Below are positions 12,193 through 23,769 of a stretch of DNA of 64,000 nt, in pieces. The notes under the pieces are model-generated. The model was not told the DNA's origin. It did not search any database and saw only the letters and a program-made list of their open reading frames with translations. The DNA is from Squalus acanthias. Lineage: Eukaryota. Position 1 is the stretch's first letter. Each line of letters opens with the position of its first letter. Made by a program: the position numbers and the translations under genes. The stretch lies in NCBI GenBank assembly GCA_030390025.1, contig CM059426.1, positions 72,416,001 to 72,480,000 of the forward strand. Direction: 5' to 3'.

Positions 12193-14735
12193 AGAACATA
12201 AGAAATAGGAGTAGGAATAGGCCACTTGGCCTCTCGAGCCTGCTCCGCCATTCAATAAGATCGTGGCTGATCTAGGGCTCAAAGCCACTTCCCAGCCCGC
12301 TCCCCATAACCCTTCACTCCCTTACCTTGCAAAAATTTGTCTATCTCCACTTTAAATGTATTTAATGACCCAGCCTCCACAGCTCTCTGGGGCAGAGAAT
12401 TCCACAAATTTACAACCCTCTGAGAGAAGAAGTTCCTCCTCATCTCAGTTCTAAAAGGGCAACCTTTTATTCTGAGACTGTGTCCCCGAGTTCTAGATTT
12501 CCCCATGAGGGGAAACATCCTCTCTGCATCTACCCTGTCGAGCCCCCTCAGTATCTTATATGTTTCGATAAGATCACCTCTCATTCTTCTAAATTCCAAT
12601 GAGTATAGGCCCAGCCTGCTCAACCTTTCCTCATAAGTCAAACCCCTCATCTCTGGAATTAACCTAGTGAATCGTCTCTGAACTGCCTCCAATGCAAGTA
12701 TATCCTTCCTTAAATAAGGAGACCAAAACTGTACGCAGTACTCAAGGTGTGGTCTCACCAATACCTTGTATAGTTGTAGCAGGACTTCCCTGCTTTTATA
12801 CTCCAACCCCCTTGAAATAAAGGCCAACATTCCATTTGCCTTTGTGATTACTTGCTGTACCTGCATGCTAGCTTTTTGTGTTTCATGTACAAGGACCCCC
12901 AGGTCCCTCTGAACTGTAGCATTTTGTAATCTCACTCCATTTAAATAAGAGTCCTCTGCTCAACTTGCTTTCCCACCCATCTTTGTATCATCCGCAAACG
13001 TGGCTACATTACACTTGATCCCTTCATCCAAGTCATTAATGTAGATTGTAAATAGTTGGGGCCCCCGCACCGATCCTTATGGCACCCCACTAGTTACCGT
13101 TTGCCAACCAGAAAATGACCCATTTATCCCGACTCTCTGCTTTCTGTTAGTTAGCCAATTCTCTATCCATGCTAATATATTACCCCCAACTCCGTGAGCT
13201 CTTATCTTATGCAGTAACCTTTTATGTGGCACCTTATCAAATGCCTTCTGGAAATCCAAATACACCACATCCACTGGCTCACCCTTGTCCACCCTACTTG
13301 TTACATCCTCAAAGAACTCCAGCAAATTTGTTAAACATGATTTCCCTTTCCTAAAACCATGCTGACTCTGTTTGACTGCAGTATGTTTTTCTAAATGCCC
13401 TGCTACTGCTTCCTTAATGAAGGACTCCAGCATTTTCCCAACGACAGATGTTAGGCTAACTGGTCTATAGTTTCCTACTTTCTGTCTCCCTCCTTTCTTA
13501 AATAGGGGTGTTACATTAGCGGTTTTCCAATCCACTGGGACCTCTCCAGAGTCCAGTGAATTTTGGTATATTGCAACCAATGCATCCACTATCTCTGCAG
13601 CCACTTCTTTTAAGACCCTGGGATGCAGGCCATCTGGTCCAGGGGACTTGTCGTCTTTTAGTCCCATTATTTTACCGAGTACTTTTTCCTTAGTGATAGT
13701 GATTGTCTTTAGTTCCCCACTCCCTGTGGCCCCTTGATTATCCATTATTGGGATGTTATTAGTGTCTTCTACAGTGAAGAGAGATGCAAAATATTTGTTC
13801 AGAGTCTCTGCCATTTTCCACGTTCCCCATTATTAATTCCCCAGTCTCATCCTCTAAGGGACCAACGTTTACTTTAGCTACCCTCTTCCTTTTTATATAC
13901 CTGTAGAAGCTCTTACTATCTGTTTTAATGTTTCTTGCCAGCTTACTCTCATAATTCATCTTCTTTCTCTTTATTATTTCTTTAGTCATCCTTTGCTGGT
14001 TTTTTAAAATTTCCCAATCCTCTGGTCTCCCACCAATCTTGGCAACATTGTATGCCTTCATTTTCAATTTGATACCATCCTTTACTTCCTTAGTTAGCCA
14101 CGGATGGTGCTCCCTTCGCTTAAAATCTTTCTTTCTCACTGGAATATATTGTTGTTGAGAGTTATGAAATATCTCCTTAAATGTCCACCACTGCATTTCA
14201 ACTTTCTTACCCTTTAATTTGTTTTTACAGTCCACTTTAGCCAGCTCTGCCCTCATGCCATTATAATTGCCTTTGTTTAAGATCAGGACACTGGTTTGGG
14301 ATACAACTTTCTCACCCTCCAACTGAATTTGAAATTCAGCCATGTATGATCACTCTTTCCTAGAGGATCCTTTACTATGAGATCATTTATTAATTCTGTC
14401 TCATTACATAGTACCAGATCCAAGATAGCCTGCTCCCTGGTTGGTTCCATTACATACTGTTCTAGGAAAACATTCTGGATGCACTCTATGAACACCTCCT
14501 CCAGGCTACCATGGCCAATTTGATTTGTCCAATCAATATGGAGATTAAAATCACCCATGATTATTACCGTACCTTTTTTACAGGCCTCCATTATTTGTTG
14601 ATTTATACTCTGTCCAACAGCATTGCTACTGTTTGGGGGCCTGTAGACTACGCCCACCAGAGACTTTTTCCCCTTATTATTTTTTATCTCCACCCAAACC
14701 GATTCTACATCTTGATCTTCTGAGCCAATATCACT
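12193..14735 (-). mobile_element. 5'-truncated CR1 (endonuclease end to 3' tail) nested in the host CR1
   Basis: ORFs 14283-14693 (VYRPPN, MGDFN, SDH), 13759-14343, 13077-13814, 12279-12935; AAGAACAT tail. Confidence 0.9.
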
Positions 14736-15829
14736 TCAGGCGGGCACAAAAGTGGCAAATGGAATTCAATCCGGAGAAGTGTGAAGTAATGCATTTGGGG
14801 AGGGCAAATGAGGCACGGGAATACACAATAAATCAAGTACTAGGTCCCTTGTTTTTTGTGGTATATATCAATGATTTAGACTTCAATGTAGGGGGCATGA
14901 TTAAGAAGTTTGCAGATGATACAAAAATTGGCCATGTGGTTGATAGTGAGGATGAAAGCTGTAGACTGCGGGAAGATATAAACAGACTGGTCAGGCGGGC
15001 ACAAAAGTAGCAAATGGAATTCAATCCGGAGAAGTGTAAAGTAATGCATTTGGGGAGGGCAAATGAGGCAAGGGAATACACAATAAATGGTAGGATACTG
15101 AGAAGTGTAGAGGAACAGAGGGACCTTGGAGTGCATGTTCACAGATCCCTCAAGATAGCAGGCCAGGTAGATAAGGTAGTTAAGAAGGCAAACAGGATAC
15201 TTTCTTTTACTAGCCGAGGCATAGAATATAAGAGCAGGGAAGTTATGCTTGAATTGTATAAAACACTAGTTAGACCACAGCTAGTGTACTGTGTACAGTT
15301 CTGGTCACCACACTACAGGAAGGATGTGATCGCACTAGAGATGGTACAGAAGAGATTAACGAGGATGCTGCCAGGACTGGAGAATTTTAGCTATGAGGAA
15401 AGATTGGATAGGCTGGGGTTGTTTTCTTTGGAACAGAGGAGGCTGAGGGGAGACTTAATTGAGGTGTATAAAATTATGAGGGACCTAGATAAGAGTGGAT
15501 AGGAAGGACCTATTTCCTTTAGCAGAGGTGTCAATAACCAGGGGGCATAGATTTAAAGTAATTGGTACAAGAATTAGAGGGGAGTTGAAGAAAAATGTTT
15601 TCACCCAGAAGGTGGTGGGGGTCTGGAACTCACTGCCTGATAGGGTTGTAAAAGCAGAAACCTTCATCGCATTTAAAAAGTACTTGGGTATGCACTTGAA
15701 GTGCCGTAACCTACAGGGCTACGGACCAAGTGCTAGAAAATGGGATTAGGCTGTATAGCTCTTTATCGGCTGGCACAGACACGATGGGCCAAATGTCCTC
15801 CTTCTGTGACGTAAATTTCTATGATTCCC

Positions 15830-16055
15830 ACTAGCCTTTTGTGTGAAGAAGTGCTTCCTGACATTACCCCTGAATGGTCTAGCTCCAATTTTAAGGTTAT
15901 ACCCCTTGTTCTGGACTTGTACACCAGGGGATATAATTTCTCTCTATCTACCCTATCAAATCCTTTAATAATCTTAAACACCTCAATTAGATCACCCCTT
16001 AATCTTCTACACGCAAGGGAATACAAGCCTAGTCTATGCAACCAGTCCTCATAAT
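15830..16055 (-). mobile_element. CR1 fragment
   Basis: ORF 15763-16041 (LGLYSL..RRLRGDLIEVFK). Confidence 0.75.
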
Positions 16056-16837
16056 TAAAGCCAGCTGCAAACTGATTCCGTAATTACCAGCCTCAAATTA
16101 AGCACAATATTCACTACAAATTCTGAATACATTGACCACAGTAATCTAGGTCAGCCTTAACTCAGTGGTAGCACTCTTGCTTCTGAGTCAGATGGTTGTG
16201 AGTTCAAGCCCCACTTCAGAGGCCTCAGCACATTGGTTTGCACTTGAGTGCAGTACCGAGGAAGTGCTGCAGTACCGAGGAAGTGCTGCACTGTCAGAGG
16301 TGCCATCTTTTCGATGAGATGTTGAACTGAGGCCCTATTTGCCCGTTCAGGTTGGCACAAATAATCCCATGGCATAATTTGAACAGGAGAGTTCTCCTGG
16401 TGTCCTGGCTAACATTTACCCAAATCAACAGCACTAAAACAGATTATCTGGCTATTTATCTCATTGCGGTTTATGGGACTTTGCTCTGTACAAATTGGCT
16501 GCTTTGTTTGCCTATGTTAGAACAGTGGCTGCACTTCAAGTGCGGAAAATCTGTTTTTGTGGCAAACAGGGCCTCAGCTCAACATCTCATCCAGAAGATG
16601 GCACCTCTGACAGTGCAGCACTTCCTCAGTACTGCACTCAAGTGCAAACCTATGTGCTGAGGCCTCTGAAGTGGGGCTTCAACCCACAACCATCTGACTC
16701 AGAAGCAAGAGTGCTACCATTGAGTCAAGGCTGACATAGATTACTGTGGTCAGTGCATTCAGAATTTGTAGTGAATATTGTGCTTAATATATAGCTTGAG
16801 GCTGGTAATTACGGAATCAGTTTGCAGCCTGCTTTAA
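16055..16837. repeat. Long inverted repeat (arms ~16055-16343 and ~16561-16837)
   Basis: The right arm is the reverse complement of the left arm, including ~95 bp of non-SINE flank. Confidence 0.9.
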
Positions 16838-16925
16838 ACTTAATTGGCAACAAAGCACTTGGGACATCCTGAAGACATGAAAGGCACTATATGAATGGAA
16901 GTTTGTTTGCTTTGTTTCGTTCTTT
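16150..16925 (+). mobile_element. tRNA-head DeuSINE (SacSINE1/AmnSINE1-like), interrupted by an inverted duplication
   Basis: A/B-box-like head (ctcagtggtagc...gagttcaagcccc); Deu core 'ggtgccatcttttcgatgagatgttgaactgaggccct'; tail 'gaaaggcactatatgaatggaagttt' resumes after 16838. Confidence 0.8.
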
Positions 16926-16939
16926 ACTCTTCTATACTT

Positions 16940-17150
16940 TGATCAAAAAATGCTAGGAATACACACCAGGTCAATCATCATCTGAAAGATAGGTCAATGT
17001 GCCAGGTAGGTCTCTTCATCGGAACAGTGTTGTGATGGGGGTTCCACTTGAAATGTTAACCTGTCTATCTCTTTCAGGACCTGACAGACCTGCTTTATAT
17101 TTCCTGTATTTTTATTTCAATTTTCCAGCATTTGTATTTTTTTCTTTGAT
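16940..17150. mobile_element. Degenerate inverted pair of Penelope-like terminal sequences
   Basis: Both halves resemble the Penelope terminus at 54010-54140, in opposite orientations (aaatgctaggaatacac...tcttcatcggaac / ttgtgatgggg...gaaatgttaacct...ttccagcattt). Confidence 0.45.
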
Positions 17151-17289
17151 TTTATTTGTGTGTTTTAGTCATGCAAGTGTAAGTGACATCTATTGTTTCT
17201 TCATTACTAGTTTTCTTTTAGTAAAAAGAACGTTTATCATAATATACAATATTTACTTATTAATATTTCCTGATCCCTGTTTCCATATC

Positions 17290-18949
17290 AGCCTCCTCCT
17301 GAGGTCCCCACCACCACAGAAGCCAGTCTTCAGCAAATTCGATTCACTCCACGTGATATGAAGAAATGGCTGAGCGCACTAGATACAGCAAAGGCTGTGG
17401 GCCCCGACAACATCCCGGCTGTCGTGCTGAAGACTTGTGCTCCAGAACTAACCGCGCCTCTAGACAAGCTGTTCCAGTACAGCTATAACACTGGCATCTA
17501 TCCGACAATGTGGAAAACTGCCCAGGTATGTCCTGTCCACAAAAAGCAGGACAAATCCAATCCGTCCAATTACCGCCCCATCAATCTACTCTCAATTATC
17601 AGCAAAGTGATGGAAGGTGTCGTTGACAGTGCTATCAAGCAGTACTTACTCACCAATAACCTGCTCACTGATGCTCAGTTTGGGTTCCACCAGAACCACT
17701 CGGCTCCAGACCTCATTACAGCCTTGGCCCAAACATGGACAAAAGAGCTGAATTCCAAAGGTGAGGTGAGAGTGACTGCCCTTGACATCAAGGCAACATT
17801 TGACCGAGTGTGGCATCAAGGAGCCCTAGTAAAACTGAAGTCAATGGGAATTGGGGGGAAAACTCTCCATTGGCTGGAGTCATGCCTAGCACAAAGGAAG
17901 ATGGTTGTGGTGGTTGGAGGTCAATCATCACAACCCCATGACATTGCTGCAGGAGTTCCTCAGGGCAGTGTCCTAGGCCCAAACATCTTCAGCTGCTTCA
18001 TCAATGACATTCCCTCTATCATAAGGTCATAAGTGAGGATGTTCGCTGATGACTGCACAGAGTTCAATGCCATTCTCAACTCCTCAGATAATGAAGCAGT
18101 CCATGCCCGCATGCAGCAAGATCTGAACGACATTTAGGCTTGGGCTGATAAGTGGCAGGTAACATTCACGCCACACAAGTGCCAGACAATGACTATCTCC
18201 AACAAGCGAGCGTCTAACCACCGCCCCTTGACATTCAGCGGCATTACCATCACCAAATCCCCCACCATCAATATCCTGGTGGTCACCATTGACCAGAAAC
18301 TTAACTGGACCAGCCACATAAATACTGTGGCAACAAGAGCAGGTTAGAGGCTGGGTATTCTGCAGCGAGTGTCTCACCTCCTGACTCCCCAAAGCCTTTC
18401 CACCATCTACAAGGCACAAGTCAGGAGTGTGATGGAATACTCTCCGCTTGCCTGGATGAGTGCAGCTCCAACAACACTCAAGAAGCTCGACACCATCCAA
18501 GACAAAGCAGCTCGCTTGATTGGTACCCTATCCACGACCTTAAACATTCACTCCCTCCACCACTGGCGTACCATGGCTGCAGTGTGTACCATCTACAAGA
18601 TGCACTGCAGCAACTCGTCAAGGTTTCTGCGGCAGCACCTCCCAAACCCACGACCTCTACCACCTAGAAGGACAAGGGCCGCAGGCGCATGGGAACACCA
18701 CCACCTCCAAGTTCCCCTCCAAGTCACACACCATCCTGACTTGGAAGTATATCACCGATCCTTCATCATCGCTGGATCAAAATCCTGGAACACCCTCCCT
18801 AACAGCACTGTGGGAGTACCTTCACCACACGGACTGCAGCGGTTCAAGAAGGCGGCTCACCACCACCTTGTCAATGGCAACTAGGGATGGGCAATAAATG
18901 CTGGCCTTGCCAGCGATGCCCACATCCCATGAATGAATAGAAAAAAAAA
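17290..18949 (+). mobile_element. 5'-truncated non-LTR retrotransposon of a distinct CR1/L2-group family
   Basis: ORF 17358-18032 ([34 protein letters not shown]), MFADD at ~18040, ORF 18369-18884; ends ATGAATGAAT plus A-run; internal stops. Confidence 0.85.
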
Positions 18950-19469
18950 CTCACGAAACAACCAAGAAAGTGATTAAGTGACCTGTTACTAAGTTTATAT
19001 CAATGCTGCTCTATAATTGACCACGAAGGAACTCTCCCCCTGTCAGATTACACCTGGCTTCCACTCTGCACCTCTACCCAATGGTTGACCTGAAATCTGA
19101 TCCAGTAGGGTAACCGTAGTGTGAACCTGCATCTCATCCCTCAGTTTACAGACCCTGCTTGAGTACCAATGCTATGTCCCACCTTACTACCATTGTTCAG
19201 GTACTTGTATTGATGACACTAGGCATCTATACCTCTCCAAAGATTAAAGTAGTACTAAATAAAAATGTTACTGAAAAAGCCTGAACTTCCACACAATCAT
19301 TTCAGCATCTTTTGAACATTCATGTGGCTCTGTGTAGAACATTTTTTTCATTTATTGAATAGTAAACTGCAATTCATTAACACACTGCAAAGAGTTGCAA
19401 GTACAAAGAAGAAACAATAAAACAGAACTCTTGCAGTCCTCTAGGCACTACAAGACAAAAGTCCTTGAT

Positions 19470-19920
19470 AAAAAGAAAGAACTTGCATTTATATAGCTCC
19501 TTTCACTACCTCAGGATGTCCCAAAGTGTTTTGCAACCAATGAAGTACTTTTAAAGTGTAGTCACTTTTATAATGTATGAAACGTGGCAGCTAATTTTGC
19601 ACACAACAAGCTCCCATAAACAACAATGTGATAATGATAGTCTGTTTTAGAGATGTTAGCTGAGGGATAAATGTTGGCTAGGACACCGGGGAGAACTCCC
19701 CTGCTCTTCTTCGAAATAGTGCTATGGATCTTTAACGTCCACCTCAGAGGGCAGACGGGGCTTCGGTTTAACATCTCATCCCAAAGACGGCACCTCCTAC
19801 AGTGCTGCACTCCGTCAGTACTGCACTGAAGTTTCAGCCTAGATTTTGTGCTCAAGTCCCTGGAGTGAGTCTTGAATCCACAACCTTCTGACTCAGAGCT
19901 ACCAGAGCCACAGCTGACAC
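19470..19920 (-). mobile_element. DeuSINE (SacSINE1-like), near full length
   Basis: Reverse complement shows tRNA head, Deu core (GTGCCGTCTTTGGGATGAGATGTTAAACCGAAGCCCCGTCTGCCCTCTGAGGTGGACG) and tail TATATAAATGCAAGTTCTTTC. Confidence 0.85.
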
Positions 19921-20289
19921 CATGACGATGAAGAAACTCTTAACTAGTAATGCTTTATTGTATTTTGAGGATCGTCTGGCTCTGAAGATGTATGGCCAGA
20001 ACATACGAAGTGTTTTTTCATCAACAAAGTTTTCTCTAGCTACATCAATTGTATTAAAAAAATTTAATGATTCTGTACTACAAAGTAATCAAAAACTGTA
20101 AAAATCACTGCCATATAGAGTCAAGACCATCTGCACAGGACTGTAAGTTATCTGTTTCAGTATTTCTGTGCGTTCTTCAGTATTGTGGTTTCATATAACA
20201 TTTGTACCCACTGTTTAATCCTACATCTTTTCATGAAAGGGAAAAGGATTATATTTTTGTATATTCTCCTGCAATGTAAAGTAAATTAC

Positions 20290-20461
20290 CTGGAACTCCG
20301 CAGTTTGACATGTTGGTTTGATGTCTTTGCCGAATGGAAGAACGCTTGTAAACAACATGAGGGTGGCCTTCGCCATAAGTAAAGTCACTGGTATGGTCCT
20401 CAGATATATTCTGCAATGGCTCAATGAAATACTGATCTTCTTCTGTTACAATCACCCCATG
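20290..20461 (-). CDS. ADAMTS6: ADAMTS6 coding exon 3 (pro-domain, HGVIVTEEDQYFIEPL...HPHVVYKRS...SNCGVP)
   Basis: 172 nt; acceptor ttttctcaag|CAT, donor CCAG|gtaatt; phase continuous with the previous exon; matches recalled ADAMTS6 HGVIATEDEEYFIEPL...HPHVIYKKS...CGV. Confidence 0.93.
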
Positions 20462-21547
20462 CTTGAGAAAACAAAACAGATCAGCATTACTGCATGTAAG
20501 AATTTCAGAATTTTTTAGGAATTAGGCCCAAAAAGCCCATCCCTGAAGTACAGTACAGATATATCTGGATTGTGCATAATGAATGTTCAAAATTCTTTGA
20601 ACTAGTATTGTAAGAAATGTTATAACAAAGGGTGAATCATGAAACTTATAACAATGAGCATACAGCAACTGAGTCTGAGGATTATCCAAAAAAACAAAGA
20701 AATTGAAATATATTAAATCTACTTTTCTTTTAATTTACTACTTTCGAATAGCTATTTTTTCCCCCATTCATCTGGGTATTTAAACTGTTGGACCTTTTTT
20801 GCTGAGGAGTTGCCAGCAATGCACGGGGTTGTTACTCCTTCACTTTGTGTACAGCTTTCTTCCAAAAAATGAGTCAATGCTGATTTCAATGCATTTTATT
20901 ACTTTGAAATAAATATACTAGCCAGGCACCTGTAATAGTGATTTGTATCCCAATCAAATTTGTACTTTTCTTTATTCAAAACTTATGTGATATATTAAAC
21001 ACGAGTAATCATGCATGCAGCAAAACTCTAGTTTACACTCGTTGTAAGTTGGCAGAAGCATATTGTTCCCTTATAGTAGCCATATCTGTGATGGTAAGAT
21101 ATCCATGATTTGTAAACACTGAAAAAAGAGCTAATCAACCTCCCAACTAATGCAGCTTTTACTCCATCGCCAAGAAATATATTATTTAAACAAACCACCC
21201 GACCTGCATGGAACTTTGTCAGAAATCTGTACTTTGGTATGCTACACAGGAAGTGGGATTTTGGTACGTGCTTCTGACTAACATTCGGTCTGCAGAGGCC
21301 AGTGAAAGGGGCCTGCCTCTTTAAGATCTGGCTACCCTTCCCACTGCGGTGGATCATATGCAAATTAGCCATGTGCATCATACAGCGGGGCAGCTGTTTG
21401 TGTTTCCTCTCCTGCCACAGTTCCATTAGTTCAGTTAACATTTCTGGCTGCTGCATAATAACAGGCAATTTATATACTGCAGAACAACGCCACCGAATGA
21501 ATAAAGCAGCATCCCAATTTGAAAAGCAAGTTTAGTGTTCTACTCAC

Positions 21548-21912
21548 CAGACCATTACAGTTGCTTAAAGCCACTCTTGTAGTATTGTGCTCATGTTGTA
21601 CATATCCCACGTAATGGCAGTTATCAATAAAATCGTGTTTCCATTCTGGACCATCATTCCCCCAATATTCTACGATAAAATGTCTGGCGATTAATTTAGT
21701 GTTTAAACTCAAGTTTAAATGAAAGTGCTTGCCATAGGCGGACAGTCTGTAAAATAATTTAGATTCGGTTGGATCACGAGGTGTAACATCCGAACTCCTC
21801 CTTCGCCTTGAATGTCTATAGCTTTTCCCACTGTCGTTCAGGAAATCGCCGTTATGGTCCACTCGGACAGGAACCGTTAGCTGATAATGTTCAAGGTAAG
21901 AAAGGAATTCCT
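21548..21912 (-). CDS. ADAMTS6: ADAMTS6 coding exon 2 (pro-domain with HSRRRRS basic site)
   Basis: 365 nt; acceptor tttcaaag|AG, donor CTG|gtgagt; encodes [21 protein letters not shown]...[12 protein letters not shown]...[11 protein letters not shown]...VALSNCNGL. Confidence 0.95.
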
Positions 21913-22693
21913 CTTTGAAATCACAAGGTGGAAAGATCCAGGAAGTGGGCGTGAAAGGAAAAAAAAAGGACGTGACAAAGTACTACTAAAATACGAGTCA
22001 AAAATCATTCCATCCAATCTAAAGGGAGAGTAGCTGTCTGTCAAGTATTTTCAAAATGCAGCGATGTTAAGCTAAGTAACGACATCACACAGTCCAGTAT
22101 TAAATCAGTTAATGCCTCGGAGAATTAGTGGAACCACGTCACATGCAGTAAGTTGGGAAGGACAAAGACTTCGAAATAACCAGACTTATGCAGAAAGTCA
22201 ACAGTACTATCCCTTAAAAAGTGTGATCTAGTAACAATTTGCATATTGCAAGATATTGATACGAATTTGCCGTTAACACTCCAACTGCGATATGTGGACT
22301 CTGCTATGTAGACAAACCAAATCAATGCAAACTCCTGTCATAACCAAAACATTAAAGAATGTGTTGTGGACCTCGTTCAGCTTGGATCAAATGAGCTACT
22401 TTTGGTCTATCCCGATTCCCAACCTACTATATATAACGGGGCTGTATTCAAAAGGATTGCATCAAATCACGATCAAAGGTCACTCACATATAGCTCAGTC
22501 CAATCGCCTTAATAACTAAATTCTGCTGTTGCAATCGGTCAGAAATGTAGAATTAAAAAGAAATATGACAGACAGTTGTAACAAAGTAAAAATGAACTTG
22601 TGCCAAAAAAGCCAACATCGTTTATTTCTGTTGTAAAGCCTTGGTGATGTGGCGCTAGTCTACAGTGTATTGGTCATGATGAGATGATCCTAC

Positions 22694-22790
22694 CTTGAGA
22701 ACTGTAAGAAAGCCTTGTGTCACTGTCAAATTCCGAAGCAGCCATGACTAGGCTCAAAATCCAAGTCACCGTCTTCCACAAAATTTCCAT
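22694..22790 (-). CDS. ADAMTS6: ADAMTS6 first coding segment (signal peptide [32 protein letters not shown])
   Basis: ATG at 22790; 97 nt to donor CAAG|gtagga; nearly identical to recalled human N-terminus [21 protein letters not shown]; phase 1 joins the next exon. Confidence 0.95.
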
Positions 22791-23058
22791 AATTTAGTGA
22801 ACCTAAAGCTGTTTGTGGCTACCTTTGCGCTAGACAGTTTTGTCGACTCCAGAAGCGCACCATAACAAGCCCATGGGTCGCGGCGTCCTCGGCACGTTTC
22901 CGTGCGGCGGCGGCGGTGCCTCAGCGCCGAATGGCCCAGCAGCGCCTGCACCAGCCCGTGTGCCCACTCATCCCTGCGCCCAAAGCCAGCAGCAAAGCCG
23001 CGAAACCCTCAGCACCGACACTCATTGGCCGTTTATTGGGACTCAGTCATCCGTATGC
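22791..23058 (-). other. ADAMTS6: ADAMTS6 5'UTR part of the first coding exon, with five upstream ATGs
   Basis: Acceptor ttccccttttgcag|G at 23059/23058; GC-rich; uATGs at 23050, 23025, 22971, 22874, 22863. Confidence 0.7.
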
Positions 23059-23653
23059 CTGCAAAAGGGGAACGCAATGCATTAATGATGTCATTGTCCA
23101 CTGTTATTCTCAGTAAATTACTTGTGGGGGTCATTTTAGCAACAAAACCGTGGGATTATACAGATTTATTTTATATCGCAATGAATGCAGTTACTACTGA
23201 CTAAGGTTCGGACTACAGAAGATTCAAAGGCCAGACACGTGAAGTAGATCGGAGAGGAAATGCACATTCTCTCTCCTCCCCCTTTAAAGCCCTGGGATTG
23301 TTGACTTCTTAACATCCGGTTTCTGACAAGGAAAATCACACAATTAAGAAAATACAGCTGACGAGAAAACAGTGCAAACTCATGTTACGTGTCTTCCTAA
23401 TCTAAAGGAAAAGTCAGCAGAATAGACAGCAAACCAAAACTCGCTCTTGTGAGACCTCGTGCCTTTCAAACCGAGTGAAACCAAAGGTTTTTATGAAGTT
23501 AAAAAGTGCTTTCCTGGAGCTCCTTTCTCTTTCCCATAAACCCTGAGCCTACATCAGCCCATTGGCACCAACAAATGCAGCATGAAATGTAAGTGAATAG
23601 TCAAGCTCCCTGTGGAGGAGCCGAGCCGCCCCACACCCGGAGCCCGCTCTCAC

Positions 23654-23764
23654 CTGCTGCTGGGCGGAGCCCGCTCATCCAGCCAATCCACAGGGACCGC
23701 GACCGCCAATCACAGCCGTGAGAGCCATCACCTTCCCGCGAACTGCCCGAATGCAGCAAGAGCG
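23654..23764 (-). other. Candidate non-coding 5'UTR exon or alternative promoter of ADAMTS6
   Basis: Long pyrimidine tract plus catctag|CGC acceptor and CAG|gtgaga donor; also contains a GC box and two CCAAT boxes. Confidence 0.35.
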
Positions 23765-23769
23765 CTAGA

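Larger units (their letters stand above)
9141..15828 (+). mobile_element. Long decayed CR1 LINE (ORF1 esterase end, endonuclease, RT, tail) hosting two nested CR1s
   Basis: ORF1 esterase remnant (HIGTNDI, GLLPVPRASEY, DGLH) 9141-9540; endonuclease motifs (YDIIAITETW, GGIAVLIKE); RT ORFs 11478-11885, 11935-12201, 14633-15010, 15014-15502, 15495-15749. Confidence 0.88.

Noticed and set aside
16150-16215. tRNA-like A/B boxes here and at ~19860-19915 and ~32840-32906
   Set aside because: These are SINE heads, not tRNA genes.
1-20289. Next ADAMTS6 exon (furin site RQKR and start of the metalloprotease domain)
   Set aside because: Not found in the ORF track or by eye; probably lies left of the window, although a short exon could have been missed.
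21028-21468. 146-aa ORF in the ADAMTS6 intron
   Set aside because: No homology recognised and not needed for the in-phase splicing of the flanking exons.
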